From Blastocladiella emersonii ATCC 22665 (Eukaryota > Fungi > Blastocladiomycota): a DNA stretch of 64,000 nucleotides. A program made the position numbers and the translations under genes. The stretch is taken from assembly GCA_025594325.1 (NCBI GenBank), contig JANHCV010000008.1, positions 930,001-994,000 on the forward strand, given 5' to 3'. Shown here piece after piece: positions 35,791 through 46,974 of the stretch (position 1 is the first letter of the stretch; the number at the start of each line of letters is the position of its first letter). The notes beneath the pieces were generated by a model. It ran no database searches. It was not told the origin of the DNA and worked only from the letters and a program-made list of their open reading frames with translations.

Positions 35791-36330
35791 TGGGCGAGGA
35801 CGGCGAGAACCTTCGAGGGAAAGCATTGTAGTTGCGGCCACCAGTTGACTGGCCGTTGAGCGATCAGGGCACACAGGACGCGTGTTCGGGAAGCTGGATT
35901 CAATCGGTTCCGCTGCGACTGGCCGTTTGGGCGAGGCACTCTGCAACGAAGCAGGGGGTTCGGGGAAGCGCACCGATCCAAGCCGGTCCACGATATCAGC
36001 AATCGAGTGGTGCTCGCTGTTGACACCTGTGCCCTCCATCCGCCCGCATGCACCGGAACGACCCCATGTCCGCTCGTCATGCACCCGCCCTCGCTCTCCG
36101 AGGTGATCGTGGACGCGATGCGCGCGGCAGGGATTGACTGGTTGGAGTGCAAGCGCAACGCGAAGCGGGACGAGTTTGCCCTCGCGCAAGTTCTCGCTCA
36201 GCTTGGCGTGAACTACGCGCACACGTTGCCCCCGATCCATGCAGCAAACTCGATCCTCGCAGCCGTGCCCCACCTCTGTCCACAGGTTTGGGTCCGATTG
36301 GTGAATGTGGTGGTGCCCGCCCTGGACTGA
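35791..36330 (+). pseudogene. Degenerate 3' fragment of a subfamily I Gag-like gene
   Basis: HLCPPSARMH and CPLVMHPPSLSEVIVDAMRAAGIDW...VVVPALD* match 27379. Several frameshifts. Confidence 0.8.
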
Positions 36331-36423
36331 GCGTGGAGCGGCGAGTAAATATTTGGTCCAAGCTTTTTGCTAGGCGATGGCTCGTTGTGGCAGCCGGAGT
36401 GCGACCTTGGGTGCTTGTCAATG

Positions 36424-36445
36424 GACGCGTCCCGATATCATGTGA
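36424..36445 (+). promoter_or_regulatory. Composite motif GACGCGT-CCC-GATATCATGTGA upstream of an F-box-like gene
   Basis: Exact consensus. ACTCCATGCAAA follows at 36565. Confidence 0.65.
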
Positions 36446-36557
36446 GTGTAGCGGGATGGGAGACATGAGTGATTTTATTTGCCGCCGCGATCAAACGGCG
36501 TACAGCCGCTACTCCTAGCGCTCTCCTCGCCACTGGCCGCATAACTTACTCACTTTT

Positions 36558-38229
36558 ATGAAATACTCCATGCAAATGAACCTGGAATGTGCTATTATGC
36601 CGATCTTGCGCTTTGACGATCTGCCAAGCGAGTTGAAGGCGGCCGTCGTCCAGCTCGCTGAGCCCCGGCCGGCGATCCCCGCTGCCTCCAGCGCCATTTT
36701 GATCGCTTCTCGAGATGCCCATGTCGTTGTGCGCTGGACCTTCTGCTGTCTCGCCCGCGTCGTGTCAGCATTTCTTGCAGACGCCCGGGAGTCATGTCGA
36801 TGGTCTGATATCCACGGATTGCCCAGTAACATCTTGGGCACCGCTCTACTGGCCCTCTGCCGATGGAAGCCAGCGGGACACGATCAGCTACTTCATACGC
36901 TTGCCGCTTGGCTCCTCAAACGCAACTCGCAGCGGGTCCGTAGTCGCAACCAAGATCCCTATCTCTTGGAATTTGAACTGCGTGGGCGATTGGGATGCAC
37001 TGATTTGCCGGCTCGCTCGACAAGATCCGGTCCTGCTGGCGCAGCTTTTCTCGGCGCACCCAGCTCAAGTTCTTGCCACTGCAACCCGTAATCGGATTTC
37101 GGAGGCGCACAATGGATTCAACGGTATTCTCATCGCTCAATCTTTTGACTTCAGCAAGCTTGGCCCACTGAAGGACCTTGGGGTTCTCGATAATTTCGCG
37201 TTGCCGAGCGCCTTGCATTGGGCACTCGAGCGTGGAGCACCCAGGGAGACCATTGACCACATCCGTTCCTTGGCGGACGGCGATGTTTGGGACGACATTC
37301 TTGTCACCGGTACGTGACTGCTAGCGGCAAGGAACGCGCGCCGTAGCTAACCTCCTAGTCTAGCCCTCGGAATATCGCATCTGCGCAGCCAACACCCGAA
37401 CTGCATGCAGCGGGTCGTCCAACTTGCTTCGCAGACGTCCTCAACCAACCTCTTGGACCGGTTTGGCGAGTCCCTGGCTCGCACATCTATGTTTGGTCCA
37501 AACGGCGCGCTCATCCGCTTCCTTGATTGCCCGCCAATCATAGATCTGTGCGACGCTTTAGCCGTCGTGGCGCGGGCGCTGGTCACCACCGTCCGCGAAG
37601 AGACTTCCATTGCCGGAGTGCATGCGATTTCTTGGCTGATGACTCAAGTGCTTGCCATCGCTGAGTCGAGGGACTCTGCGCTAGACATTGTGCGCAGAAC
37701 AGGTGCTGCACCGCACTTGATCAGTGCCATGATCGGTGCGCACCTGTCGAGTCAGTATCACGCTTTGCTCCGCTTTGCTCCGCGGTACTCGATGTGTCAC
37801 GCTTGCCCGTTGAGTTTCCAGCGCGCGTGGCGCGACGCGTTTCTTGTTTTGCTTCCTCTCCTCGGCAACGACTCGTCCCGTGACAACGCGCCGGGACTGT
37901 ACGCGCGATACCTGACTCCAGTCCGGGCTCGTGTGAGCGACTCGCTGGCGCTCGAGATGTCTAACGCTTGTTGCAGCGCGCCAGACTCGGAGGAGCTGCA
38001 TTCGACCGCGTTTATCATGTCGAATCTTCTCGCTACAGACCCAAAGCTTGTCGTAGCCCTCATTCTCATTCTCAAGCCCGCTCCAGTGAACTTGACTCGC
38101 TTGCTGCCCGACGGCGCCCCCGACAAGGCGCTTGATCCCAGGGACTTGGCTCAGATCAAGGCGGCGGCAGACGTGACCCTTGAACACGCAGTTGAGCTTC
38201 AACGACTCGCGCCCTCACATTTCTGGTGA
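36558..38229 (+). pseudogene. Third F-box-like paralogue, shortened and probably frameshifted
   Basis: LRFDDLPSELKAAV motif and a frame change near 36950-37000. Intron 37310-37363 follows ILVT-G at the same position as in 15691-17923. Confidence 0.55.
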
Positions 38230-38381
38230 CCGACAGCCTTGAACTCCTGGTATCGTTTTGTTTCGTTGTTCCTGATTGACACGTCGGCTGAACAAGCAAG
38301 TTGGTCCACTTGTTTCGAATGTCTATAATTCACGCGAATGACTTCACAATAAAATCAATTTGTGTTTTCCCGTTAACCTTG

Positions 38382-41255
38382 ACTAAGGGTGTGTGCGTTG
38401 CACACTCTGTCTCAGCAGTAGGCGACTCGGCTGGCTGGCAAATGACTGAACATCAAAGTCGAGTTGACGGGATGTGGTCCGTCTTGCTTGAGGGAAGCAG
38501 TTTTGCTAAGTCGAGCATGCGCCAGTCGCTGTCGCCCTGACCGCTGCTCTCAATGAAGAGCTGCCGCCAAAGGAGTGGTCCGGTTGTGGAGGGCTTGCGG
38601 ACGAGATCGACGCACTCGAGGTCAAAGATTTCGTCGGGTTGGAGACCGAGGCGACGCGCGTGTTTCGCGGCGGCCATCGAGTTCCACGCGTCGCGCACCG
38701 AGTTCTGCCCCGTGATGAGGACCTGGTCGCTCCAGTCGTCGAGCTGGCCTGGGTGCTGGCCCAGTACGACGTCTGCTCGCCGCGAGCCGAGGTACTCGAT
38801 CACGCGCTGCGAGACGATGCAGTTGCGCAGGTCCTGGAGCACGTTGAGGAAGCTCGCGTCGCCCGACTGCCGCATCTGCTGCACGAGGAAGAAGACCGAG
38901 TCGAAGGCGAGCCACTGATCGCGACCAATGTTGGCGTCAGTTCGAGTTCTGCTGACCGCTGGCCGCTCCTTGCGCTTGGACGCGCGCTTCTTCTGCTGCT
39001 GCTGCTGAGGCTCGCCGTCGACCCGCATCGAGTCGCCATCATGAGCTGCATCCACCTCGGGTTCGGGTGCGCGTTCGACCGGCTGCTCAGATGGAACCGT
39101 GAGCGAGCGGGCCATGACGGGCTCGAACTGGAAAAAGTCGCCAAACGCGAGGACGTGCAGGCCGCCAAACGGACGATGGTCGCGGCTCGGGTATAGCGCG
39201 TCGAAGCGCAAGTGCATTGCGGCGAACAGCTCGGCGTCGACCATGGAGATCGAGGCCTCGAGCTTGGCCTAGGCTTTGTCGCTCATCAGCTTGGTCGCCG
39301 AGACGATGGTGCTGATACCGCACATCAGCGTTGCCACGCTTGATGGCATCGAGCGTCGACTCAACGTGCTCGGCCACGCGGCGCTGCTCGACGTTGAGCC
39401 CTTGAAGGTACGGAGCGAGCTGCTCCTGCTGCACGAGCTGCACATGGACGGCTGGCGGTGCAACACCGCCGTCTGCTTGAACGAGTCGAGCGCGAGGTGG
39501 CTCCGCCGAGCGTTCTGCAGCAAACCGACGGGCATCCTCGTCGGCCTTCCTGGCCAGATCGGCGTAGTTGGCGAGTTGCGCGAACTACGCCGGATCCGAG
39601 TCGACCTTGAGCAGCTGCTGGCGAAGCTCGAGTGGCAGAGCAGGCACGGGCGCGTTCGAGTTTGAGAGCAGTCCGTAGTGTACTGCCGACATGAGGAGCA
39701 TGGCCGCGTGCTGGTCGTTCTGGGAGATGATCGAGAGGATCTCGTGCAGGAAAGCGTCGTTGCCGTGAGCTTCTTGCACGATGCCGACGGGCATGATCTC
39801 ACCGTCAGCCTCGTCGTCGTTACCCATGCCAGTACCGCCGGCGCGTCGAAGGTCGACCTGCTCGGGCGTCGCGCTGTTGTCGGCCTCCGAATCGTCGACC
39901 AGCTTGCCGGGTGACGTGTTCACGTAGTCGCGGAAGTTGTTGATCCACCGGAGCCGGTCGCTGCCCTGCTCGAGCGTGCTTTTGAAGAGATCGAGCGTCT
40001 GCGACCACGTCTCGCCGCGAGCCGGAGCCACCTCGTTGATGGCGCGGAACGGCTTGAACAGGATCATGGAGATCATGGCGCGCGACTCGGTGCTGCCGAT
40101 ATCGGACGACTGGCTGACCTGCTTGTTGAACAGCGGCACGGGAACGACCTTGGTCGCGCGCATCGCGGCGACGAGCTTGCCGACTGCAGCATGGGGTGCC
40201 GCGGAACCTGTACCGCGGCTCGGCGTGGCGACCGCGCTTGGCGCGCGGCACGTTGCCGTCGTCGGCATTGTCGTCGGGCACGGACTGCTGCGAGCGGTTC
40301 GTCGTGGACTTGATGGGCTCCACGCGACAGCACCAGACAAAGTCGTAGAGCGAGATCGACTTGAGCTCGCTGGGCCGGTGCATGTAGTGGTCGCTGATGG
40401 TGACTTTGTCGGTGATTGGGCGGTCCTCGACAGTGATGCGCTCGTCGTCGTTCTCGTCGTCCTCCTGCTCGAGCTCGCGTTCATCGTCGACTGCCGTGGC
40501 GCCGTCCTCGCCGACGCGCTGCGCGTCAGTTGTGTTGCCTGATGCGTCCGAGCCCGCCGCGTTTGTGACCATGCGCAGGAACTGGTAGAGCGGGCCGTGG
40601 GCGAAGATGTACGTCGTGGAGACCCACGTCTCCTCGCCCTTGCGGATCAGGTCAAGCGCGATCTGCTGCCCGTTGATCTCACGCGACGTGATCAAGCTGT
40701 TGACGAGGCCGCGCAGAATGGAGCTGACGGAGAGCTGGAGCGTAACTTCTTGGCGCGCTCGAGGGGGGCGTACGTGCTGTAAGAGTACGGCGGCACCTTG
40801 GCGACGTAGTTGGTGATGTGGTACATGACGTTTGCGGGGTTGAAGCCAAGAAGCGGAAAACCAGATCTCAGGATTCCTTCAGAGCTCCATGTAACGCGAA
40901 GAAAATGGACACAGAGCGCTTCAAGAGAAGGATATCTGAGCAAAAAAAAACAGTCAAAGAAGTGAATTCACGATTGTGATGAACACGGGGGTAGGGAAGA
41001 AGGCGAAAGACAGAAGTGGATCAAATCGGTCATGACTCCGCTAGATGATGTTTTCTATGGTGCCAACCTTGTTGCATAGAGTTACAGGATAGATTGTATC
41101 AGGGTATTTGGAGAAAAGTGAGGAGAAGATAATTCGAGCGCGACCGAGACGCGTCGCGACGCGTGTTGATGGGAGTGGCAGAAAAGTCAGGCGTGCCAAA
41201 TGGCCCAGCTTGAGCGCGAATTCAGCTCCACAGAAACTCAGCCTACTGCTGAGAA
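38382..41255 (-). mobile_element. Helentron/Helitron2-like element, internally deleted (copy 1)
   Basis: 5' end TTCTCAGCAGTAGGCTGAG (reverse complement at 41237-41255). 3' CCTACTGCTGAGA plus hairpin GTGTGC-AAC-GCACAC (reverse complement at about 38390-38422). Carries Rep and PIF1 remnants. Confidence 0.85.
38453..40840 (-). pseudogene. Helitron Rep-PIF1 helicase remnant
   Basis: Rep motif MYHITNYVAK, SREINGQQIALDL, helicase LNVEQRRV, ISMVDAELF, FGGLHVLAFGDFFQFEPV, LVQQMRQSGD. The Walker A region is deleted and there is an internal TAG. Confidence 0.85.
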
Positions 41256-41443
41256 TAACTCGCGGAGCTTTACTGATGCCCGCAGATGGGCACTACCTCG
41301 CGTCGATCATCCCCACGTGGTGCGCCACCGGCGTGACCAAGAGCCGACCAAGTGGCGCTCGTTTTTCAGGGGCACCCTCGCTCCCACGCAACCTTTGGCA
41401 AACTATGAACCACATGTAAACCAGACCTTGCACTTTATGCAAC

Positions 41444-42928
41444 ATGACGCAGGACGCGCTCGCTTGCACCCCATCCGTCAAAAACGTGGATCTACCGGAT
41501 TCGCTGCTTGACGACCCTGCCGCATTGCGTGGCATCCACGAGGCCGCGCTTAAGCGTGTGATGAGCCTCCGGCTACATATCATCCGCGCTGTTCTGGCTA
41601 TTCAGCTCGATCGGACAATCTCTGAAACCGAGCAGGCGCGTGTTGCGGACCTCACGGCGGCATTGGGCAGCGCGGAAAATATGCTTTCATTGATCGAAAG
41701 GCGACGCGCCGGGCTTGACGCTGACGGACCAACAGCCGATTCTGCTCAGGTCCCCGATGCCGCTTTGACCACAACACCGCAGCAGGACTCGAGCACAGCC
41801 AACGCATTGTCCGGTTCAAATGAGCCGCTATATTCTAACGCACGCCAACCGCACTCGCGTCGCCGATCCGAGTCGCTCGAACGCGACCATCCGCGAGCGG
41901 CACCCCGCACCACGCCCACCTTGCTTTTGTCCAGCGAAAGCTTGTACTTGCGTGTGAACCAAGTCGTGCCTCCCTTTCGAGTCCCTGCTTCTGCTGCCAT
42001 GCGCGCCCGCCTCCCGTCATCCACGACCGTTTGGGACGCGCACGATTTTCTCGCGCTAATTCGAGACGCCCTGCCCGGCGTTCCCGTGGCCCGCGCCCTT
42101 CTGGCGGCACGGAACCGCGTCCCGCACACGCTCTTCATCACCTACGCCGTGTTCCTGCGCGAGTCGACGCGCGACGAGGATGCGGACCGGGTTTTCCTCG
42201 ATGCGACGAATGATGACTGGAACCGCGGCTGGGTCGAGCGATGGATTAAATTGAAGCCAACGAGCGGCAAACCCCGCCAGGTTTGGTCGTTTTACGATAG
42301 CTTCTGCGCCGTTCTGGGCAGGGCCATCGACCTGACGGCCGATATATGCCGGGAAGAGCACATCAAGCGCACTTTTGCTAAGAAGCTGTACTACACTCTC
42401 CGCTGGGACGTAGTGCCGCTTCTGTCCTATCTGGTCGACCCCGAGCATTCGATCAAAGACCTTGCCGCTGCTTTCATCGCGATGTACGCGTCGAGAGCCC
42501 GCACCCCGTCACCGCTGCGACCAGACCTGGACTCTGCTGGCCGCTTGGACTGCCGTTTCTGCTGCGCTTGCCTCGAGTACGAGACGCTGGCCCAGCCAAC
42601 CCAGCCACCCCACGACTCGCTCAGCTGCTCGCTCCTCGACCGCCCGCGCCAGATCGCTCAGCTACTCGTCGACGCTACAGGCGGCTTCAGGATCGACTCA
42701 CCGCGAGCGCCGCCCGCTGGCTCGTCGGACGCGGAATTGATCCAACTGACTCGCGCATGGACCGCGAGGCTGTGGGACGCGCGGATCCCGCGCCGCACTC
42801 CGCGCATCATGGCCCAGACCATGAAGTGGTGCCGCGACGTGTTCAAGGAGCTGGTTGAGCTTCCCATGGACGTACAGGCTCGCGTGCTTCGTGCTGTGTG
42901 GGCCGAGGTCAAGGCGGCGGCTGAGTAA
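41444..42928 (+). CDS. Gag-like capsid / zinc-knuckle protein (494 aa, subfamily III)
   Basis: ALKRVMSLRLHII, WNRGWVERWIKLKP, CRFC-x16-HDSLSC, RVLRAVWAEV. ACTTTATGCAAC lies directly before the ATG. Confidence 0.85.
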   Translation: MTQDALACTPSVKNVDLPDSLLDDPAALRGIHEAALKRVMSLRLHIIRAVLAIQLDRTISETEQARVADLTAALGSAENMLSLIERRRAGLDADGPTADSAQVPDAALTTTPQQDSSTANALSGSNEPLYSNARQPHSRRRSESLERDHPRAAPRTTPTLLLSSESLYLRVNQVVPPFRVPASAAMRARLPSSTTVWDAHDFLALIRDALPGVPVARALLAARNRVPHTLFITYAVFLRESTRDEDADRVFLDATNDDWNRGWVERWIKLKPTSGKPRQVWSFYDSFCAVLGRAIDLTADICREEHIKRTFAKKLYYTLRWDVVPLLSYLVDPEHSIKDLAAAFIAMYASRARTPSPLRPDLDSAGRLDCRFCCACLEYETLAQPTQPPHDSLSCSLLDRPRQIAQLLVDATGGFRIDSPRAPPAGSSDAELIQLTRAWTARLWDARIPRRTPRIMAQTMKWCRDVFKELVELPMDVQARVLRAVWAEVKAAAE

Positions 42929-43213
42929 GGCGCGACCTTGACTGGATGGAAATATACACGCGAGGCCATCTTATGCACACTTGCCACACGTCCCCTTTCC
43001 TCGATTGAGCCTCTTACTTGCGCGCAGTTGCAATGACGGCGACTCGAGAGATCGCGAGCCCCGCGCCGCTCATCTCCACGTGGCGCACCGAGGGGTCAAG
43101 TGGCGTCAGGTTTCCCCTGTGACGTCTGCTCGAGATCCAAACGTTCGCCCTCCCTGATCGCCCCGTATCGCATGAAGCAGATGAAATTCTACCCGGCGAC
43201 TTGATGCAATACG

Positions 43214-44716
43214 ATGACGGGGGACTACTTGTGTCTTTCTTCTCTTGTGCCGACCAACGAGCGACCCAACCATCCCGCCGGTGTGCACGGCGACCAGGAG
43301 ACATTGCTGATGCGCGCCACGAACCTGCGGCCACAGCTGGTTCTTTCGGCACTGGGTGCTCGAATCCAACGGTCCACTTCCGAAACTCAACAGACACACT
43401 TTACAAAACTTGCATCAGCGCTGGACAATACGGAGCGGCTCATGTTGGCTCATGACGACAAGGTTGTCGAGGCGACTCAATCTGAGGCTTCCGTCAGCTC
43501 TTCAAACATTTCGCCTTCAGTCGGCAATCCGCTTTTGGAGCAGGGCGGGGGATCGGATGGGCTCTTGCGCGTTCGGAATGAATTGAACCGCTCACCAAGC
43601 CCAACTTCGCGGCGGCGCGGCCGATCACGGTCACCCTCGCCGTCGCGCAAAGTCAAGAACCAGCGTCCGCGGTCACTCACTCCAGCCCGCGCTGCTGTCC
43701 TTTCGCAGGAACGGTACTTGCACGTCATGCACTGGGTCCCGCCCTTCCGGATCCCCGTGAGTGCCGCTGCCCTTCGAAACATACCGTCGTGCCAGACCAT
43801 CTTGGACGCGCGCGAGTTCCTGTCGCACCTCCGCGCCGCGCTGCCCAACACCTCCGTCGCACTCGCCCTGCTCGCGACGCGGAGCCGCGTCCCTCACCGG
43901 CTCTTTTTCACGTACGCGGTCCTGCTGCGCGAGTCGACCGCCGACGAGGAAGCGACCCGCCTGTTCCTTGGCGTTGCGGACGGAACCTGGAACCCCGACT
44001 GGGTCGCGCAGTGGCTCCAAGTAAGGCCCACGGCGCCCACGCGCGACGCCGTCTGGGCCTACTACGACCAATTTTGTGCCGTGTTGAACAAGGTCGTGAA
44101 GGTGACGTACCAGGTCGAGCGCGAGGAACACGTCAAACGCGTGTTCGCGAAGCTTCTCTTCTACAAGCCCCGGTGGGACATGGCGCCGCTGGCGTCCATC
44201 TTGCAGGATCCGGGTGCCTCGCTCAAGAACGTTGTCGCCGCGTCCGTTGCCCTGTTCGCGCCGCCGACACGGTCTGCATCGAGCTTGCAGTCGCAACCTG
44301 GTCCGAGCTCTGGCGCCCGTGCGGGCTGCACTTTTTGCGACGACTACAAGTTTGCCTTCGAAACGACCAAGTTGGAACACCCGCCCCACGACACGCTCAA
44401 GTGTCCACTGCTTGACCAACCAGCCCGAATTGCCACGCTCTTCGTTCGCGCGCTCGGCGACTTCCACCTCGATCCGCAGCCTGTCCCTCCCACCAGCGCA
44501 TCTGACGCGGACTTGCTGGACGTGACGCGTCTGTGGGCGGGCAAGCTGTGGGAGGCACGAATCCCGCGCGGGACCGCTCGCGCCAACTCCCAGGCGATGA
44601 AGTGGTGTCGCGAAGTGTTCAGGGGGCTCAACCGGCTCCCGAACGCGGAGCGAGAGCGTGTGCTTCGTGTTGTCTGGGTCGAAATCGGGTCGCTGCTGGT
44701 GCGGCGAGATCGTTAG
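43214..44716 (+). CDS. Gag-like capsid / zinc-knuckle protein (500 aa, subfamily III)
   Basis: Tandem paralogue of 41444. WNPDWVAQWLQVRP, CTFC-x16-HDTLKC. Confidence 0.85.
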   Translation: MTGDYLCLSSLVPTNERPNHPAGVHGDQETLLMRATNLRPQLVLSALGARIQRSTSETQQTHFTKLASALDNTERLMLAHDDKVVEATQSEASVSSSNISPSVGNPLLEQGGGSDGLLRVRNELNRSPSPTSRRRGRSRSPSPSRKVKNQRPRSLTPARAAVLSQERYLHVMHWVPPFRIPVSAAALRNIPSCQTILDAREFLSHLRAALPNTSVALALLATRSRVPHRLFFTYAVLLRESTADEEATRLFLGVADGTWNPDWVAQWLQVRPTAPTRDAVWAYYDQFCAVLNKVVKVTYQVEREEHVKRVFAKLLFYKPRWDMAPLASILQDPGASLKNVVAASVALFAPPTRSASSLQSQPGPSSGARAGCTFCDDYKFAFETTKLEHPPHDTLKCPLLDQPARIATLFVRALGDFHLDPQPVPPTSASDADLLDVTRLWAGKLWEARIPRGTARANSQAMKWCREVFRGLNRLPNAERERVLRVVWVEIGSLLVRRDR

Positions 44717-44930
44717 AATAAAACTTGTACGGAGTCCACAACGACTCTATGACGCGGCACGTTTGCAACGTTTGACAATACCCGCCAAGCCCTCATCGAT
44801 TTCTCATTCGTGGAGCGGGTGCGAGACAAAAATCGTGCGAGACATCACGTGAGTTTCCCGCGCGAGCATTTCGAGGCTTTTGCGATCGCGGCGCGCGTTC
44901 GACGCCACCTTCCGCGTACTTTGAATTCAA

Positions 44931-46535
44931 ATGGACGAATATCACGGAATCACTTGCTGCAACTGTGCTGGATCATCGACTGGACGCTGCTCTGCGCACT
45001 CGGCCAACGGAGCGGTCATCTCGCCCGCCGCCTCGCTTCTTCACGCGACGGATGAGCGCGCGATGATCTTTCAAGCGCTCAATGGCCGGCTTGGAATGAT
45101 CCACGCGGGATTGCGTCAAAGGCTTAGTCCTCAAGCGGTGCTGTATCCGGTCTGGTCTGCAAATGGCCAGTCCGCGCCCCACTACGCGCAACCGAGCCTT
45201 GGAAACTTGGCCCATCCGGACGATGCCTCGGTGGCTCCAACTCAACATCACAACTCAGCTCGTACGGCGGCCGAGCAACCTGCGGCACCGCTTACGGAAG
45301 AGCTGGTCGCGCCGCGCGACCACCAGCATCGACTTGCACACCAGCACGCGACTGCGACCACCTCCTCGGCCAATGTGCGACAGTTTCCTGAGCGCATGGC
45401 CGTCGCACCTGACCTGAAGCAGCTCGTCGCCGCAGCAGACTTTGAGTTCAGCATTCACGACCCGCTGGACGAAAATGCTTATGTGAACATAGACATCATG
45501 CTCAACGCCTTGTCCGCTGCAGGAATCCCCGCCGGCCGCCTCGCCGAGGCTTTGATTTTGATTCATGACCGCGTCCCTCACGACATTTACCGCGCGTTCG
45601 CGATTGTGCTGCGTCCCACCATGTCCGACTCGGCCACCCGCAAAGCTGTCCGATCTAGTTTCTGCAAACCGCGACCCTTGTGGCTTACGTCTTGGCTCGA
45701 CTTCACCGTCGAGTGGCACATGGACATCGAGACCGTTGCTGCTTCCGCTCTGTCACTTGTTCACAACTCGCGCGGCCACATCAAAGGACCCGACCGATTC
45801 GCACACTCTGCCCACATCAAGGACCTGTTTGCCGGTCGAATCGTGGGTGTCGACCGCAGCGCGCTTGAGCGCGAGATCACGGATCCTGATTGCTCGCTTG
45901 ACGCATTGCTTCGGATTGGTATCGACCTCGCCAAGGAAGCGGCTAAATCAAAGTACCGTCGTAACGGGAATGTGACGAACGATCAGATATCGCAGAGTGA
46001 TGCTTTTCGCGCTGCCCGTCCCTCTCTGCGCCAAAGCCTCGCCGATTCAATTGAATGCGGATACTGCCGCGTCGTCTTGCGTGATCCGGCGCCGGGCAAG
46101 CGATACAACACCACGCCGCACAAGACGAAGACATGCTACAGCGTCAGCAACCCGGCCAACGCGGCGGTCATCGTGTTCCGCGCGATTCGGGCAATCCCTG
46201 CTGCCTCCCGACCGATCATTCCACGACCGCCGCAAGTGCGGGCGGCACACCGAGTACCCGGGCTCAACCGCGACTTGCTTGCCTACACGCGTGATCTTGC
46301 GCGCGATATTGAACCGTACTGCGCAGATCGTCCACAGCGCCGTGGCCACGCGATGCTGTGCGAGATGCAGAAACTGGAGCCAGCGGGCTACCGCGCAGGG
46401 CGTATGCTTAAGTTTGTGAACCTGCTCTACTGGATGGATTGTGCACCAGCAGATTCGTCGCTCGAAGCCGCGCGGGATTCAGCTGTCCAGCGCTTGCGCG
46501 AAGAGGAAGGGCGGGTTGGATCTGGCCGGACGTAG
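44931..46535 (+). CDS. Divergent Gag-like family member (534 aa)
   Basis: FQALNGRLGMIH leader, RVPHDIYRAFAIVLRPTMSD, WLTSWLDF, CGYC-x17-HKTKTC. Confidence 0.75.
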   Translation: MDEYHGITCCNCAGSSTGRCSAHSANGAVISPAASLLHATDERAMIFQALNGRLGMIHAGLRQRLSPQAVLYPVWSANGQSAPHYAQPSLGNLAHPDDASVAPTQHHNSARTAAEQPAAPLTEELVAPRDHQHRLAHQHATATTSSANVRQFPERMAVAPDLKQLVAAADFEFSIHDPLDENAYVNIDIMLNALSAAGIPAGRLAEALILIHDRVPHDIYRAFAIVLRPTMSDSATRKAVRSSFCKPRPLWLTSWLDFTVEWHMDIETVAASALSLVHNSRGHIKGPDRFAHSAHIKDLFAGRIVGVDRSALEREITDPDCSLDALLRIGIDLAKEAAKSKYRRNGNVTNDQISQSDAFRAARPSLRQSLADSIECGYCRVVLRDPAPGKRYNTTPHKTKTCYSVSNPANAAVIVFRAIRAIPAASRPIIPRPPQVRAAHRVPGLNRDLLAYTRDLARDIEPYCADRPQRRGHAMLCEMQKLEPAGYRAGRMLKFVNLLYWMDCAPADSSLEAARDSAVQRLREEEGRVGSGRT

Positions 46536-46974
46536 AGTAATAGATTCGTTCTGTTTCACTCCTGTTTCGACGCAATCGTAGCAATCGCAACTCATTACAA
46601 TGCTGCACACGCCTCGGCGGGCTGCACGCCTTGACGGATGGTTGATTTGCGCATCAACGTGAATTGTTCATGTCCATACGTGTCGCATGTCGCTCGCCGA
46701 ACGCGTTACTTCTCCGCTTGCCACCTAAACAGATTGCCCAGCATCTATAAATCTCTTGCTGTCGGACACGCGACGTGCCACTTCGATCAATCGCGCTGAC
46801 GCGAGCATCCCGCTTTCTCGAGCGGAGCGCGACGCGCGGTTCTCGACACCGCCAACGCGAACCGGAGCAGGTCCTGGGGTGCGTGACTTTTATGTTGTCG
46901 AACCCTTAGCCGCTAACAAGTCTTTCTCGAAGACGATCTTGCACTGACTGTTGACGCGAAGTCGTGAGTACTGG

